A stretch of 64,000 nucleotides of DNA, taken from Agriterribacter sp. GTDB lineage: Bacteria; Bacteroidota; Bacteroidia; Chitinophagales; Chitinophagaceae. The translations under genes and the position numbers were made by a program. The notes beneath the pieces are model-generated. The model saw only the letters and a list, made by a program, of their open reading frames with translations, did no database searches and was not told the origin of the DNA. Position 1 is the first letter of the stretch. Every line of letters begins with the position of its first letter. The DNA is taken from contig JBQCGX010000158.1 in assembly GCA_051955255.1 (NCBI GenBank), forward strand, positions 31,723-95,722, written 5' to 3'. This document shows, piece by piece, positions 46,581 to 54,798 of this stretch.

Positions 46581-49120
46581 GAATCCTCACCGCTCTGGTG
46601 CCCGCCTCTTAACTGTTTAAGCAGGGAGAAGTCTGCCTTGCCGAACTTGTAGCTGAATGTAATGCGGAAGTTTCTCACATTCCACCGGCGATAAGAATCC
46701 TGGTAAAAAGTTTCTGTGTCATATATTACACCCCAGCGTTTGGAATTGAACACATCGTTTATGCCAAACGTTACAGTGGCTTTGTTGTTTTTGAGAAAAT
46801 CTTTCCGCAGTGCAAAGTCGAAACCGTATTGCGGCAACATCTTTCCTTGCGGAATAACACGGGCCGACTCATATTCACCAATCACCTGGAAGCTAAGGTT
46901 GTTGGCCAGTGAAGGTGTTTTTGTTTTGATCTTATAGTTCATGATCAGCTTGCCCTCCCAGTTCAGCCCCTGGTTGCTCAGGTTCAGGTTATCGAAATTG
47001 GCTTTCACGGTTCTGTATTGCAAATTCACTGTAGGAGTAATGTCGAAGTTGCTGCCCATTTTGTGCTGCAAGGTAAATTCAGCACCATAACGGTTAGTAG
47101 TATTCGCATTTACAAAGGTGTTCAATATTGCATTAGGATCTACTGCTGCATTTTGCAGTTGATCGTATTGCTCTGCTGTAATGGTATCGCTGTATTGCGT
47201 AATGTCCTTAGGATTATTTCTCCAATAAAGCACACCAAGGAAATTTCCGTTTTTATAGCTTTTGCTGTAATTAAGCTCGAAAGAATTGATGAACTCCGGT
47301 TGCAACTGCGGGTTACCCTGGCGTAGGTTCAAAGGATCATTGATCTCAATAAACGGATTCAATTGCCAGAAATCGGGTCTGCGTATTCTTCTCGAAAAAT
47401 TTACCTGCACCTGGTCTGTTTCACTCAACTCCTGCGTTAAAAACAAACTCGGGAAAAGCGCATCCATAATGTTCTTCAGTTTTGCCGGGTATTGATACCC
47501 GAACTTAAATGCACTATCCACCAGCAATCCGTCGAACTTTGAATACTCTCCACGCAAACCAACCTGGTACGAAAACTTGCCTATTTTTTCTGAGTAGGTT
47601 CCATATAACGCATTGATCATTTCGTTGTACTCATAATTATTGCTTAATGGCAACTTGGTTTCCATTCCATTGTCTATACCAAATACATTGTAGTGACTTT
47701 TAAAAATATTGTGATAGCTTCTTACGCCGATCTCCAATTTAGAATTTTCGCTCAACGGGTTTGAGTAATCTGCCTGGAAAGTGATCTGATGACTGTTATT
47801 ATCTCCTTCATTCCTCACCGTATTTACAGGTTTGTATTCCGACCCGTCGGGGTTAACGTATGTATTTATGATCCGGGAATTGGAATTGCCGCCGCCGCTG
47901 TTATAAGTAACATCGGCAGTTAGCTCTCTTCCTTTTTGTGGAAAAGTTCTTTTATAGCTCAGCCGGGTACTGTTTCGTTTGAAGTTAGATAAGGTATTGC
48001 CGGAACGGTAGCCGTAATAGTCGAGTTCTTTGCTGCTCGTATAATATTGTTGTTCCTGTTTTTCCTCGTTGGTAAAACGTCCCCTGCCAAAGTTTTGCGT
48101 AATGGAAAGCGTATTCCTGTTGTCGAGGTAATAATCTACCCCAAAGTTTATGAAACCAAACCGACGCAAACGATCATTGGAAGAGATCTGGTTGAAATAA
48201 TCCTGCACAATACCATTCTGCTTGTTTTCGCGGAAAGCTTCACCCTTTGCTATTCCCCCCGATTGGTTGTATCCGCCGCTCATGAAAAAATTCAATTTCC
48301 CTTCTCGCAAATTCAGGTTCAAACTTCCATTTAAAATTTTGGGGAACCCTGCAGATGCAGTGGCAATGCCATTCAATCCAAAGCGCTTGTCTTTTTTAAG
48401 CACCACATTGATAATGCCAGCACCTGAGGCAGCATCGAATTTTGCAGAGGGATTGGTGATCAATTCAACTTTTTCAATATTGTCAGCCGGTATCTGATCG
48501 AGCGTGAGTATCGTGGGTCGTCCGTCAACAAATATTTGCGGAGGACTGTTGCGGAGTTGAACGTTTCCATCCACATCTACCGAAACAGAGGGAATATTTT
48601 TCATAATGTCTACAGCCGTACCACCGGTTGCGGTCAGGCTTTTTGAAACATTGAAAACTTTCCGGTCTATATCCATTTCCAAAGCGGGCTTGGTAGCAAC
48701 AATTTTAATATCTGCCAGTTGCTTCACTTCCAGTTGAAGGGTGATGTTGCCCAGGTCTCTTTGAAAATTTCCTGTACCGCTTTTTTCAACGGGATCTGTT
48801 TGAATGAGTTGCTCGTAAGGTTCAAAGCCGAGGGCAGTAATGATCAACTGGTAGGTGGTGCCGGCGCGCAAATTCCGGAAACTAAAATCGCCATTGCCTT
48901 TTGTAAGCATCCCGTCAACCAGGCTGTCTTTTCCGTGGAGGTATAACTGAACAGAAGCCGCTTCTATGCCTTTGCCTGAACCGGGATCAACCAGTTTGCC
49001 GTATAGCTTGCTGGTTTTAAACTGCAATATTCCCGCGTCCTGAACAGGTTCCTGCTCTACCTGGGCATTACTATATAAAAAAGAAAAAAGACAGACTGAA
49101 AGCAATACACACAATCTCAT
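46577..49120 (-). CDS. TonB-dependent receptor-like outer-membrane beta-barrel protein with carboxypeptidase-regulatory-like N-domain
   Basis: 847 aa with a signal peptide, a CarbopepD_reg-like region (KLYGKLVDPGSGKGIEAASVQL), a plug-like region (IEKVELITNPSAKFDAASGAGIINVVLKK), and a long barrel. Confidence 0.8.
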   Translation of the reverse strand: MRLCVLLSVCLFSFLYSNAQVEQEPVQDAGILQFKTSKLYGKLVDPGSGKGIEAASVQLYLHGKDSLVDGMLTKGNGDFSFRNLRAGTTYQLIITALGFEPYEQLIQTDPVEKSGTGNFQRDLGNITLQLEVKQLADIKIVATKPALEMDIDRKVFNVSKSLTATGGTAVDIMKNIPSVSVDVDGNVQLRNSPPQIFVDGRPTILTLDQIPADNIEKVELITNPSAKFDAASGAGIINVVLKKDKRFGLNGIATASAGFPKILNGSLNLNLREGKLNFFMSGGYNQSGGIAKGEAFRENKQNGIVQDYFNQISSNDRLRRFGFINFGVDYYLDNRNTLSITQNFGRGRFTNEEKQEQQYYTSSKELDYYGYRSGNTLSNFKRNSTRLSYKRTFPQKGRELTADVTYNSGGGNSNSRIINTYVNPDGSEYKPVNTVRNEGDNNSHQITFQADYSNPLSENSKLEIGVRSYHNIFKSHYNVFGIDNGMETKLPLSNNYEYNEMINALYGTYSEKIGKFSYQVGLRGEYSKFDGLLVDSAFKFGYQYPAKLKNIMDALFPSLFLTQELSETDQVQVNFSRRIRRPDFWQLNPFIEINDPLNLRQGNPQLQPEFINSFELNYSKSYKNGNFLGVLYWRNNPKDITQYSDTITAEQYDQLQNAAVDPNAILNTFVNANTTNRYGAEFTLQHKMGSNFDITPTVNLQYRTVKANFDNLNLSNQGLNWEGKLIMNYKIKTKTPSLANNLSFQVIGEYESARVIPQGKMLPQYGFDFALRKDFLKNNKATVTFGINDVFNSKRWGVIYDTETFYQDSYRRWNVRNFRITFSYKFGKADFSLLKQLRGGHQSGEDS

Positions 49121-49383
49121 ACTTTAATGGTTGAAATTATTAATACAGGGCAGATATGGGTTTAGCTATCGGTTACGGGTACTGTAAGTACCGACTCGAT
49201 TTAGGAAGGGCAAAACTAGCCTGTTTTATGCAGCGATGAAAATATAGAGTGTGTTTTAATGTTAATGAACCTGAATATTTTTTCGGATTTTGTTAAATCT
49301 GTTAACAAACTTCAATTCTCGGGTATGCTTGTTTGATAGAACAACCAAAGGAAGGTTGGATTTAGTTAGCAAAAACCCATTTT

Positions 49384-49424
49384 TGCCGCAGATTCGCAGA
49401 TGAAGGATCATCTGCGGATGCGGC
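49384..49424. repeat. REP-like palindrome, family GCAGATTCGCAGAT (copy 4)
   Basis: GCCGCAGATTCGCAGATGA-aggatc-(TC)ATCTGCGGATGCGGC. Confidence 0.6.
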
Positions 49425-49436
49425 TCATTAAAACGG

Positions 49437-49552
49437 CATTGGATTGAAATCCAATGTTACAATATTCAATCGAGCCTACGGCTCTGCCCATCACAATCAG
49501 CCAGTGTCGTAGACACGGTAGCATATTGTAAGGATGGAATTTCAATCCATCC
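49437..49552. repeat. Structured ~115-nt repeat element, copy A
   Basis: It contains the hairpin CATTGGATTGAAATCCAATG, a long-range pairing TTACAATAT...ATATTGTAA enclosing the hairpin GAGCCTACGGCTC, and a terminal hairpin GGATGGA...TCCATCC. It is homologous to 59914-60019. Confidence 0.6.
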
Positions 49553-49615
49553 GAGTAACCGGCTTACCTATAAGGTATAAAAAGTGAATTTTCTAAATCC
49601 AACGCAATACCATTA

Positions 49616-49623
49616 TACATTTA
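49616..49623 (+). promoter_or_regulatory. Candidate Bacteroidota -7 promoter box (TAnnTTTG-like)
   Basis: TACATTTA lies 43 nt upstream of the ATG at 49666. The surrounding ATTATACATTT is conserved with the paralogue promoter at 50131. Confidence 0.35.
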
Positions 49624-49665
49624 ACGTTTCATTAAACCTTTAATAACTCTAAAAACTCTTATCCA

Positions 49666-49929
49666 ATGAAAAGAATCATTACTCTTTTTGCAGTGGCTAC
49701 TATTGCCACAACCGCTTGTAAAAAAGACAAGGTGGAAGATTGCGTTTCTGCTACTGATAAGTATGTAAAGGCTGGTCAGGCCTATGGTGCTAATCCCAGC
49801 AAAGAAAACTGCGAGGCCTATAAAGCAGCAATTGAGGGATATAAAAATAGTTCCTGTTATTCTAATCTTTCACAGGAACAAAAAAATGCTTTTGATCAAA
49901 TTTCTGGTATGGTGGGTAACTGCGAGTAG
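49666..49929 (+). CDS. Small cysteine-rich lipoprotein, paralogue 1
   Basis: 87 aa with a lipobox (ATTAC) and 4 further conserved Cys. It matches ORF 50183-50446 at 53 of 87 positions in my hand alignment. Confidence 0.6.
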   Translation: MKRIITLFAVATIATTACKKDKVEDCVSATDKYVKAGQAYGANPSKENCEAYKAAIEGYKNSSCYSNLSQEQKNAFDQISGMVGNCE

Positions 49930-49946
49930 TTATTCTATAAATCAAT

Positions 49947-49982
49947 AAAAAGAGGATGCATGATTAATGCATCCTCTTTTAT
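49947..49982 (+). terminator. Intrinsic terminator after lipoprotein paralogue 1
   Basis: AAAAGAGGATGCATGATTAATGCATCCTCTTTTAT: an 11-bp stem plus a T-run. Confidence 0.7.
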
Positions 49983-50130
49983 TTCAATTACCTGCTTGGC
50001 AACCGCATCTTAAACCACCATCCGCATTCTAAATTATACCTACAGGAATGGGCTTTGACAGTGCCCTACTGCAATACGTGTATGTTATACACAGCCTAAA
50101 AATTATTTGGAATGTAACGCCACACTATTA

Positions 50131-50138
50131 TACATTTG
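50131..50138 (+). promoter_or_regulatory. Candidate Bacteroidota -7 promoter box (TAnnTTTG)
   Basis: TACATTTG lies 45 nt upstream of the ATG at 50183. Confidence 0.4.
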
Positions 50139-50182
50139 TCTGCATTTTTTAAAATTTATAAACCCTAAAAAAAGTTAACCAA

Positions 50183-50446
50183 ATGAAAGCATTCATTGCT
50201 CTTTTAATGATGGCTGCTATTACCACAACCAGTTGCAAAAAAGATAAGGCAGTAGATTGTAAAGCTGCCGCCGAAAATTATGTAAAGGCAGGCAAGGCTT
50301 ATGGTGAGAATCCCAGCAAAGAAAACTGCAAAGCTTATAAAGCAGCCATAGATGAATATAAAAACAGCTCCTGCCTTGATGGATTAAGTCAAATGGAAAA
50401 AGACCTTTTTAATCAACTTTACGATATTGTAGGTTCTTGTGAATAA
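50183..50446 (+). CDS. Small cysteine-rich lipoprotein, paralogue 2
   Basis: 87 aa with a lipobox (TTTSC) and the same Cys spacing as paralogue 1. Confidence 0.6.
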   Translation: MKAFIALLMMAAITTTSCKKDKAVDCKAAAENYVKAGKAYGENPSKENCKAYKAAIDEYKNSSCLDGLSQMEKDLFNQLYDIVGSCE

Positions 50447-50468
50447 CTATTCTACAAATTAATATTTC

Positions 50469-50499
50469 AGGGATGTGCTTAAACAGCACATCTCTTTTT
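50469..50499 (+). terminator. Intrinsic terminator after lipoprotein paralogue 2
   Basis: GATGTGCT-taaac-AGCACATC followed by TCTTTTT. Confidence 0.55.
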
Positions 50500-50500
50500 A

Positions 50501-53101
50501 TTATATCATATTTGCAATCAACCCTGTCCACCCCGTTTGATGGGAGGCTCCTAACCCCTTGCCTGTTTCGCCGTCGAAGTATTCGAAGAATAGAATATAG
50601 TTATTGAACAGCGGATCGGTTTGAAATCTTTCGATACCATTGTAAATGGCGCGTTGCCCGTTTTCATCGCGTATAAACAATCGCTTCAGCCTTGCTGCAA
50701 GTTCATCACTTATTTCCTTTAACGACAAATAAGTTCCTGAGCGACTGGGATATTCAATCTTGAAATCATCTCCATAATACAAATAGAAATTGCGAAGCGA
50801 TTCTATAATCAGGTAATTAACGGGCATCCACACAGGGCCGCGCCAGTTGGAATTTCCGCCAAATACACCCACCGGCGATTCGCCAGGTGAGTATTCTATT
50901 GTAAAACTTTCACCATCGCACTGAAAAGTAAAAGGCTCCTGTTGATAGGCTTTTGAGAGTGAACGGACACCATAAGGGCTCAAAAACTCAGTTTCGTCCA
51001 GCATGCGATACAATATTCTTTTCATGCGGTGCCCTCTTAATAACGATAGTAAGTGCATTTCATTTTTCCCCTTTTCGCCCCAACGCGATACCAGCTTTGC
51101 AAGGTCGGGGCGATGCTTTAAAAACCACCTCAGCCTCCGGGCAAATGCAGGCTGGCGTTGCAGCAGGGCATCATCAATTATTTCAACAACAAACAGTGGT
51201 ATCAATCCAACCATCGACCGGAGCTTCAGCTTTTCACGCCTGCCGTTGCCAGCGGTCAATACATCATAATAAAACTCATCTTCATCATCCCATAAGCCGT
51301 CACTGCCGTCGCCCATAATGGCCATTGCGCCGGCTATATACATAAAATGCTCAAAGAATTTTGTTGCCATGTCCTGGTATACGGGATTTATATCCGCCAG
51401 CTCCAATGCAATGCGCATCAGGTTTAACGAATACATGGCCATCCAGCTTGTACCATCCGATTGGTTCAGTGTTTGTCCATCGGCCAGCACCTCGTTACGA
51501 TTAAAAACGCCAATATTGTCCATGCCCAGAAAACCACCTTCAAATATATTGTTGCCCGTTTCATCTTTCCGGTTAACCCACCACGTAAAGTTGAGAATGA
51601 GTTTGTGAAAGATCGTCTCCAGGAAAGCTGCATCACCTTTTCCTCCGTTGCTGTTTTTTTCATTGTTGTATATTTTATAGGCTGCCCACGCATGCACTGG
51701 TGGATTTGTATCTCCAAATGCCCATTCATATGCCGGCAATTGTCCGTTAGGATGCATATACCATTCGTGTGTAAGCAGCAACAACTGTTTTTTGGCAAAC
51801 GTAGGATCTACTGTGGCAAGCGTAATGCAATGAAAAGCCAGGTCCCAGGCTGCATACCAGGGATACTCCCATTTATCGGGCATTGAAATGATATCGGCAT
51901 TGTTGAGGTGTTTCCATTCCTTGTTCCTGCCGCCTAAACGTTCTGGAGGCGGTGGTGGCTGAGCGGGATCGCCTTTCAGCCACTCTGTTACGTCGTAATA
52001 GTAAAATTGCTTACTCCAAAGCATACCTGCAAAAGCCTGCCTTTGAATATTCCGTTCATCTTCGTTTAACGCCTGCTTTTGAATATCAGCATAAAACGCA
52101 TCCGACTCATCTTTTCGCTGATCGAATAAGGAATCGAAATTCAAAAAAGGATTTTCGGCTGAGGTTTTTCCAAGCCGTAACCTGATGGTATGCGATTGCT
52201 CCGGCGGAATGGATATATCATAATTCAATGCAGCTTTTGTGCCTGTAAGATCTTTATTGACTGAAGGGGCGCCGGCAATAATATAATCGTTGATGCCATC
52301 TTTATAAAACCGATTGCTGCTTTTGAATTGATTTAGCTTTTCGGTATTGGTTTCATTGTCGCAAAAAAGCAGCTCAGGTGTTTCTTCAAAATATAGTTTG
52401 TAGGAAGTAAGGAGGGGGTGAAAAATTTCAATAACGTTTTTACTATTAGCATACAACCTGGGCTTACTATCGTTGTAACCCCAGCTCCATGTATTTCTGA
52501 ACCAAAGCATGGGCAATACATTTATTGCCACTTCTTCGGCATACCGGTTGTGCAACGTTATTCTTATTAAAATATCTTCTTCCGCTGCTTTTGCATATTC
52601 AATAAAAACATCGAAGTATGCATTGTTGTCGAAAGCGTGCGTATCTGTTATTTCAAACTCAGGCTCTGATCTGTTCCGACTTTTATTTTCGCTTATCAGC
52701 AAATCGTATGGAAAAGCAGATTGTGGATATTTGTACAACATTTTCATGTAGGAGTGTGTAGGAGTAGCGTCCAGATAATAATACAACTCCTTTACGTCTT
52801 CTCCATGATTGCCCTCGTATCCCGATAAGCCAAAAAACCGTTCTTTAAGGATGCTGTCCTTTTTGTTCCAGAACGCAAATGCAAAGCAAAGCAGTTGCTG
52901 ATCGTCTGATATCCCGGCTATTCCTTCTTCTCCCCAACGCCAGGCCTTGCTTCGGGCTATATCGTGTGTTGTATACAACCAGGGCTCTCCTTCTTTACTA
53001 TAATCTTCCCGCACAGTGCCCCACTGCCGCTCTGATACGTAAGGTCCCCACTTTTTCCACTTGTGTTCTTTTAGTCTTTCCTGCTCTTTGTTCATAAGCA
53101 T
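50501..53101 (-). CDS. GH63-like / MGH1-like glycoside hydrolase (alpha-glucosidase-type (alpha/alpha)6 barrel)
   Basis: 866 aa with YPWYAAWDLAFHCITLATVDP and HPNGQLPAYEWAFGDTNPPVHAWAA, typical of the GH63/glucosidase family. Confidence 0.75.
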   Translation of the reverse strand: MLMNKEQERLKEHKWKKWGPYVSERQWGTVREDYSKEGEPWLYTTHDIARSKAWRWGEEGIAGISDDQQLLCFAFAFWNKKDSILKERFFGLSGYEGNHGEDVKELYYYLDATPTHSYMKMLYKYPQSAFPYDLLISENKSRNRSEPEFEITDTHAFDNNAYFDVFIEYAKAAEEDILIRITLHNRYAEEVAINVLPMLWFRNTWSWGYNDSKPRLYANSKNVIEIFHPLLTSYKLYFEETPELLFCDNETNTEKLNQFKSSNRFYKDGINDYIIAGAPSVNKDLTGTKAALNYDISIPPEQSHTIRLRLGKTSAENPFLNFDSLFDQRKDESDAFYADIQKQALNEDERNIQRQAFAGMLWSKQFYYYDVTEWLKGDPAQPPPPPERLGGRNKEWKHLNNADIISMPDKWEYPWYAAWDLAFHCITLATVDPTFAKKQLLLLTHEWYMHPNGQLPAYEWAFGDTNPPVHAWAAYKIYNNEKNSNGGKGDAAFLETIFHKLILNFTWWVNRKDETGNNIFEGGFLGMDNIGVFNRNEVLADGQTLNQSDGTSWMAMYSLNLMRIALELADINPVYQDMATKFFEHFMYIAGAMAIMGDGSDGLWDDEDEFYYDVLTAGNGRREKLKLRSMVGLIPLFVVEIIDDALLQRQPAFARRLRWFLKHRPDLAKLVSRWGEKGKNEMHLLSLLRGHRMKRILYRMLDETEFLSPYGVRSLSKAYQQEPFTFQCDGESFTIEYSPGESPVGVFGGNSNWRGPVWMPVNYLIIESLRNFYLYYGDDFKIEYPSRSGTYLSLKEISDELAARLKRLFIRDENGQRAIYNGIERFQTDPLFNNYILFFEYFDGETGKGLGASHQTGWTGLIANMI

Positions 53102-53115
53102 TCCTTTAATAACCG

Positions 53116-53673
53116 CTACAGTTGCCCACGGGATTCGTTTAGCCGAAACCGTTTGTATATCACTTCGAGTTGCTGCTTGCTTAACGACGAAGTTTTACGC
53201 AACACTTTTATAAAATGTGCTACCTCTGCCTCCGATGCAGGGCAGCCCACATTTTTTCCGGCAGTATCTAACCCGGCGCTGTCGGGCCTTATCTGACAAT
53301 CCGCTATCAACTCACCTTTGCTGTTATACACCAGCCAAAAGGGAATGCCTGATTCGTTTCCATGATGTTTAGCAAGCAAAGCTTCTGCGCCTGGATTTTC
53401 AAGATGCTTGTTTTCTTTTCTTTCTTTAACCACCAGATGAGTAATGATATAATGATCGTCGAAGAATTTTTTGCAACTGGTATCATTCAGCGCTTTATCC
53501 ATTTTATGGCACCATCTACACCACGATGCATGAAATATAACCATTACGTTTTTATGTTCTGCCGCTGCTTTACCAAAAGCCTCCTTTAAAATTGCATCGG
53601 CTGTTCGGGGCTGAGCTTTTACATTACTGGTTGTTGCGAGTACACAGACAGCTGCAATGAATAGGGATTTCAT
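53116..53673 (-). CDS. Secreted thioredoxin-fold protein
   Basis: 185 aa with a signal peptide and the CxxC motif WCRWCHKMD. Confidence 0.75.
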   Translation of the reverse strand: MKSLFIAAVCVLATTSNVKAQPRTADAILKEAFGKAAAEHKNVMVIFHASWCRWCHKMDKALNDTSCKKFFDDHYIITHLVVKERKENKHLENPGAEALLAKHHGNESGIPFWLVYNSKGELIADCQIRPDSAGLDTAGKNVGCPASEAEVAHFIKVLRKTSSLSKQQLEVIYKRFRLNESRGQL

Positions 53674-53751
53674 CGTTTGAATTTTGCTTTTTCAAATTAC
53701 ATGAAATTATTCACCTAAATTATAGATAATCTTAAAGGCATGAACCCAAAA

Positions 53752-53914
53752 ATGGTGAAGCGTGAGACACGCTCCATGGCGACAAACGTATTTGCTTTCA
53801 AAGGCTTCCAATCTTCAAGGTGGAAACCCTTTTCCAGTATACATATCGCCACCCCCTTTGAAAAAATCTAACGTTTGTTTGCAATCCGGCCGTGGGCGTG
53901 TCTCACGCCCCACC
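53752..53914. mobile_element. REPIN/MITE-like element, left flank of the RAYT gene
   Basis: The termini GGTGAAGCGTGAGACACGC and GCGTGTCTCACGCCCCACC are inverted repeats. The interior contains the hairpin AAGGCTTCCAATCTTCAAGGTGGAAACCCTTT. The same architecture is found at 54545-54730. Confidence 0.7.
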
Positions 53915-53952
53915 GGTTTCTTTTTATGAATGGCGCTCACATATAAATCGTC

Positions 53953-54423
53953 CTAAAACTCTTCCCGTAAATCTTTTAAAAAAGCAAAGTCTTTTATACC
54001 TAGCTCATAAAATCGTACCGATGAATATGGATAATACAGGTAATCATCTGCCAATTGCCATTGTTTAGCAGTGGGATTGCGATGCAGATATTCCAGTTTC
54101 TGATATGCTACCTCGCGCGCATAAAGATGAATTGCCAGGGGATCGCGCTGCCAAAATTCGTGTTGTTTATTATGAGCAGCGACAGCATATAAATTTAGTT
54201 CGAACGAACTTTCCTTTAGCAAAAGTTTTCTAAATTCATGGGTTGTATATTTGAGAAATGAGCCTTGGGCCGTTTCTCTTCCGTTCATTTGGTTTATCCG
54301 CCATATCAGATGAATATGGTTTGGCATAATCACAAATGCAAATACATCAATCTTGGCGGCGTCGCTAAGATATTGAAGTGATTGAATGATTATACCCTTG
54401 TAGCTATCGCTCAACAAGGGCAT
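53953..54423 (-). CDS. REP-associated tyrosine transposase (RAYT; IS200/IS605-like Y1 HUH transposase), N-terminus possibly frameshifted
   Basis: 156-aa ORF with the HUH motif (VIMPNHIHLIW) and the catalytic Tyr motif (YLHRNP). A 20-codon ORF from ATG 54493 (MKNTATHLSNQV...) joins the main frame (DILWTATINNWMPLL) if one base near 54455-54460 is removed. Confidence 0.75.
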   Translation of the reverse strand: MPLLSDSYKGIIIQSLQYLSDAAKIDVFAFVIMPNHIHLIWRINQMNGRETAQGSFLKYTTHEFRKLLLKESSFELNLYAVAAHNKQHEFWQRDPLAIHLYAREVAYQKLEYLHRNPTAKQWQLADDYLYYPYSSVRFYELGIKDFAFLKDLREEF

Positions 54424-54544
54424 CCAATTGTTAATAGTAGCAGTCCAAAGTATATCTCACCTGGTTGGATAAATGAGTTGCGGTGTTTTTCATTGTAATT
54501 CATAGCATTCTAAGTTAACTATTTCATCTAAAATCGTAAGACAA

Positions 54545-54730
54545 AATGGTGTGGCGTGAGACACGCCCCACGGCAGAAAATAATTACATGGAAATATTCG
54601 TCCAAAATTATGAAACGATAAAAAGTGTATTGCGTCAGAGCGAAAGTTCAAATTGCAAGGTTTCCAACCTTCAGAAGGGTGAAAACTTTTTACACCATCC
54701 GCAGCCGTGGGGCGTGTCTCACGCACCACC
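54545..54730. mobile_element. REPIN/MITE-like element, right flank of the RAYT gene
   Basis: The termini GGTGTGGCGTGAGACACGCCCCACGGC and GCCGTGGGGCGTGTCTCACGCACCACC are inverted repeats. The interior hairpin is AAGGTTTCCAACCTTCAGAAGGGTGAAAACTTT. It is in direct orientation relative to the left copy. Confidence 0.7.
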
Positions 54731-54798
54731 ACTTCCTGTATATACGCAAAGAGCGATCACTAATGGATCGCTCTTTGAACAAGAATATGTGAATACGC

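Noticed and set aside
49121-49380. Possible riboswitch in the 260-nt leader of the TonB-dependent receptor gene (46577-49120)
   Set aside because: I could find only short hairpins and no conserved core resembling cobalamin, TPP, SAM or other aptamers I can recognise by eye. It is left unannotated.
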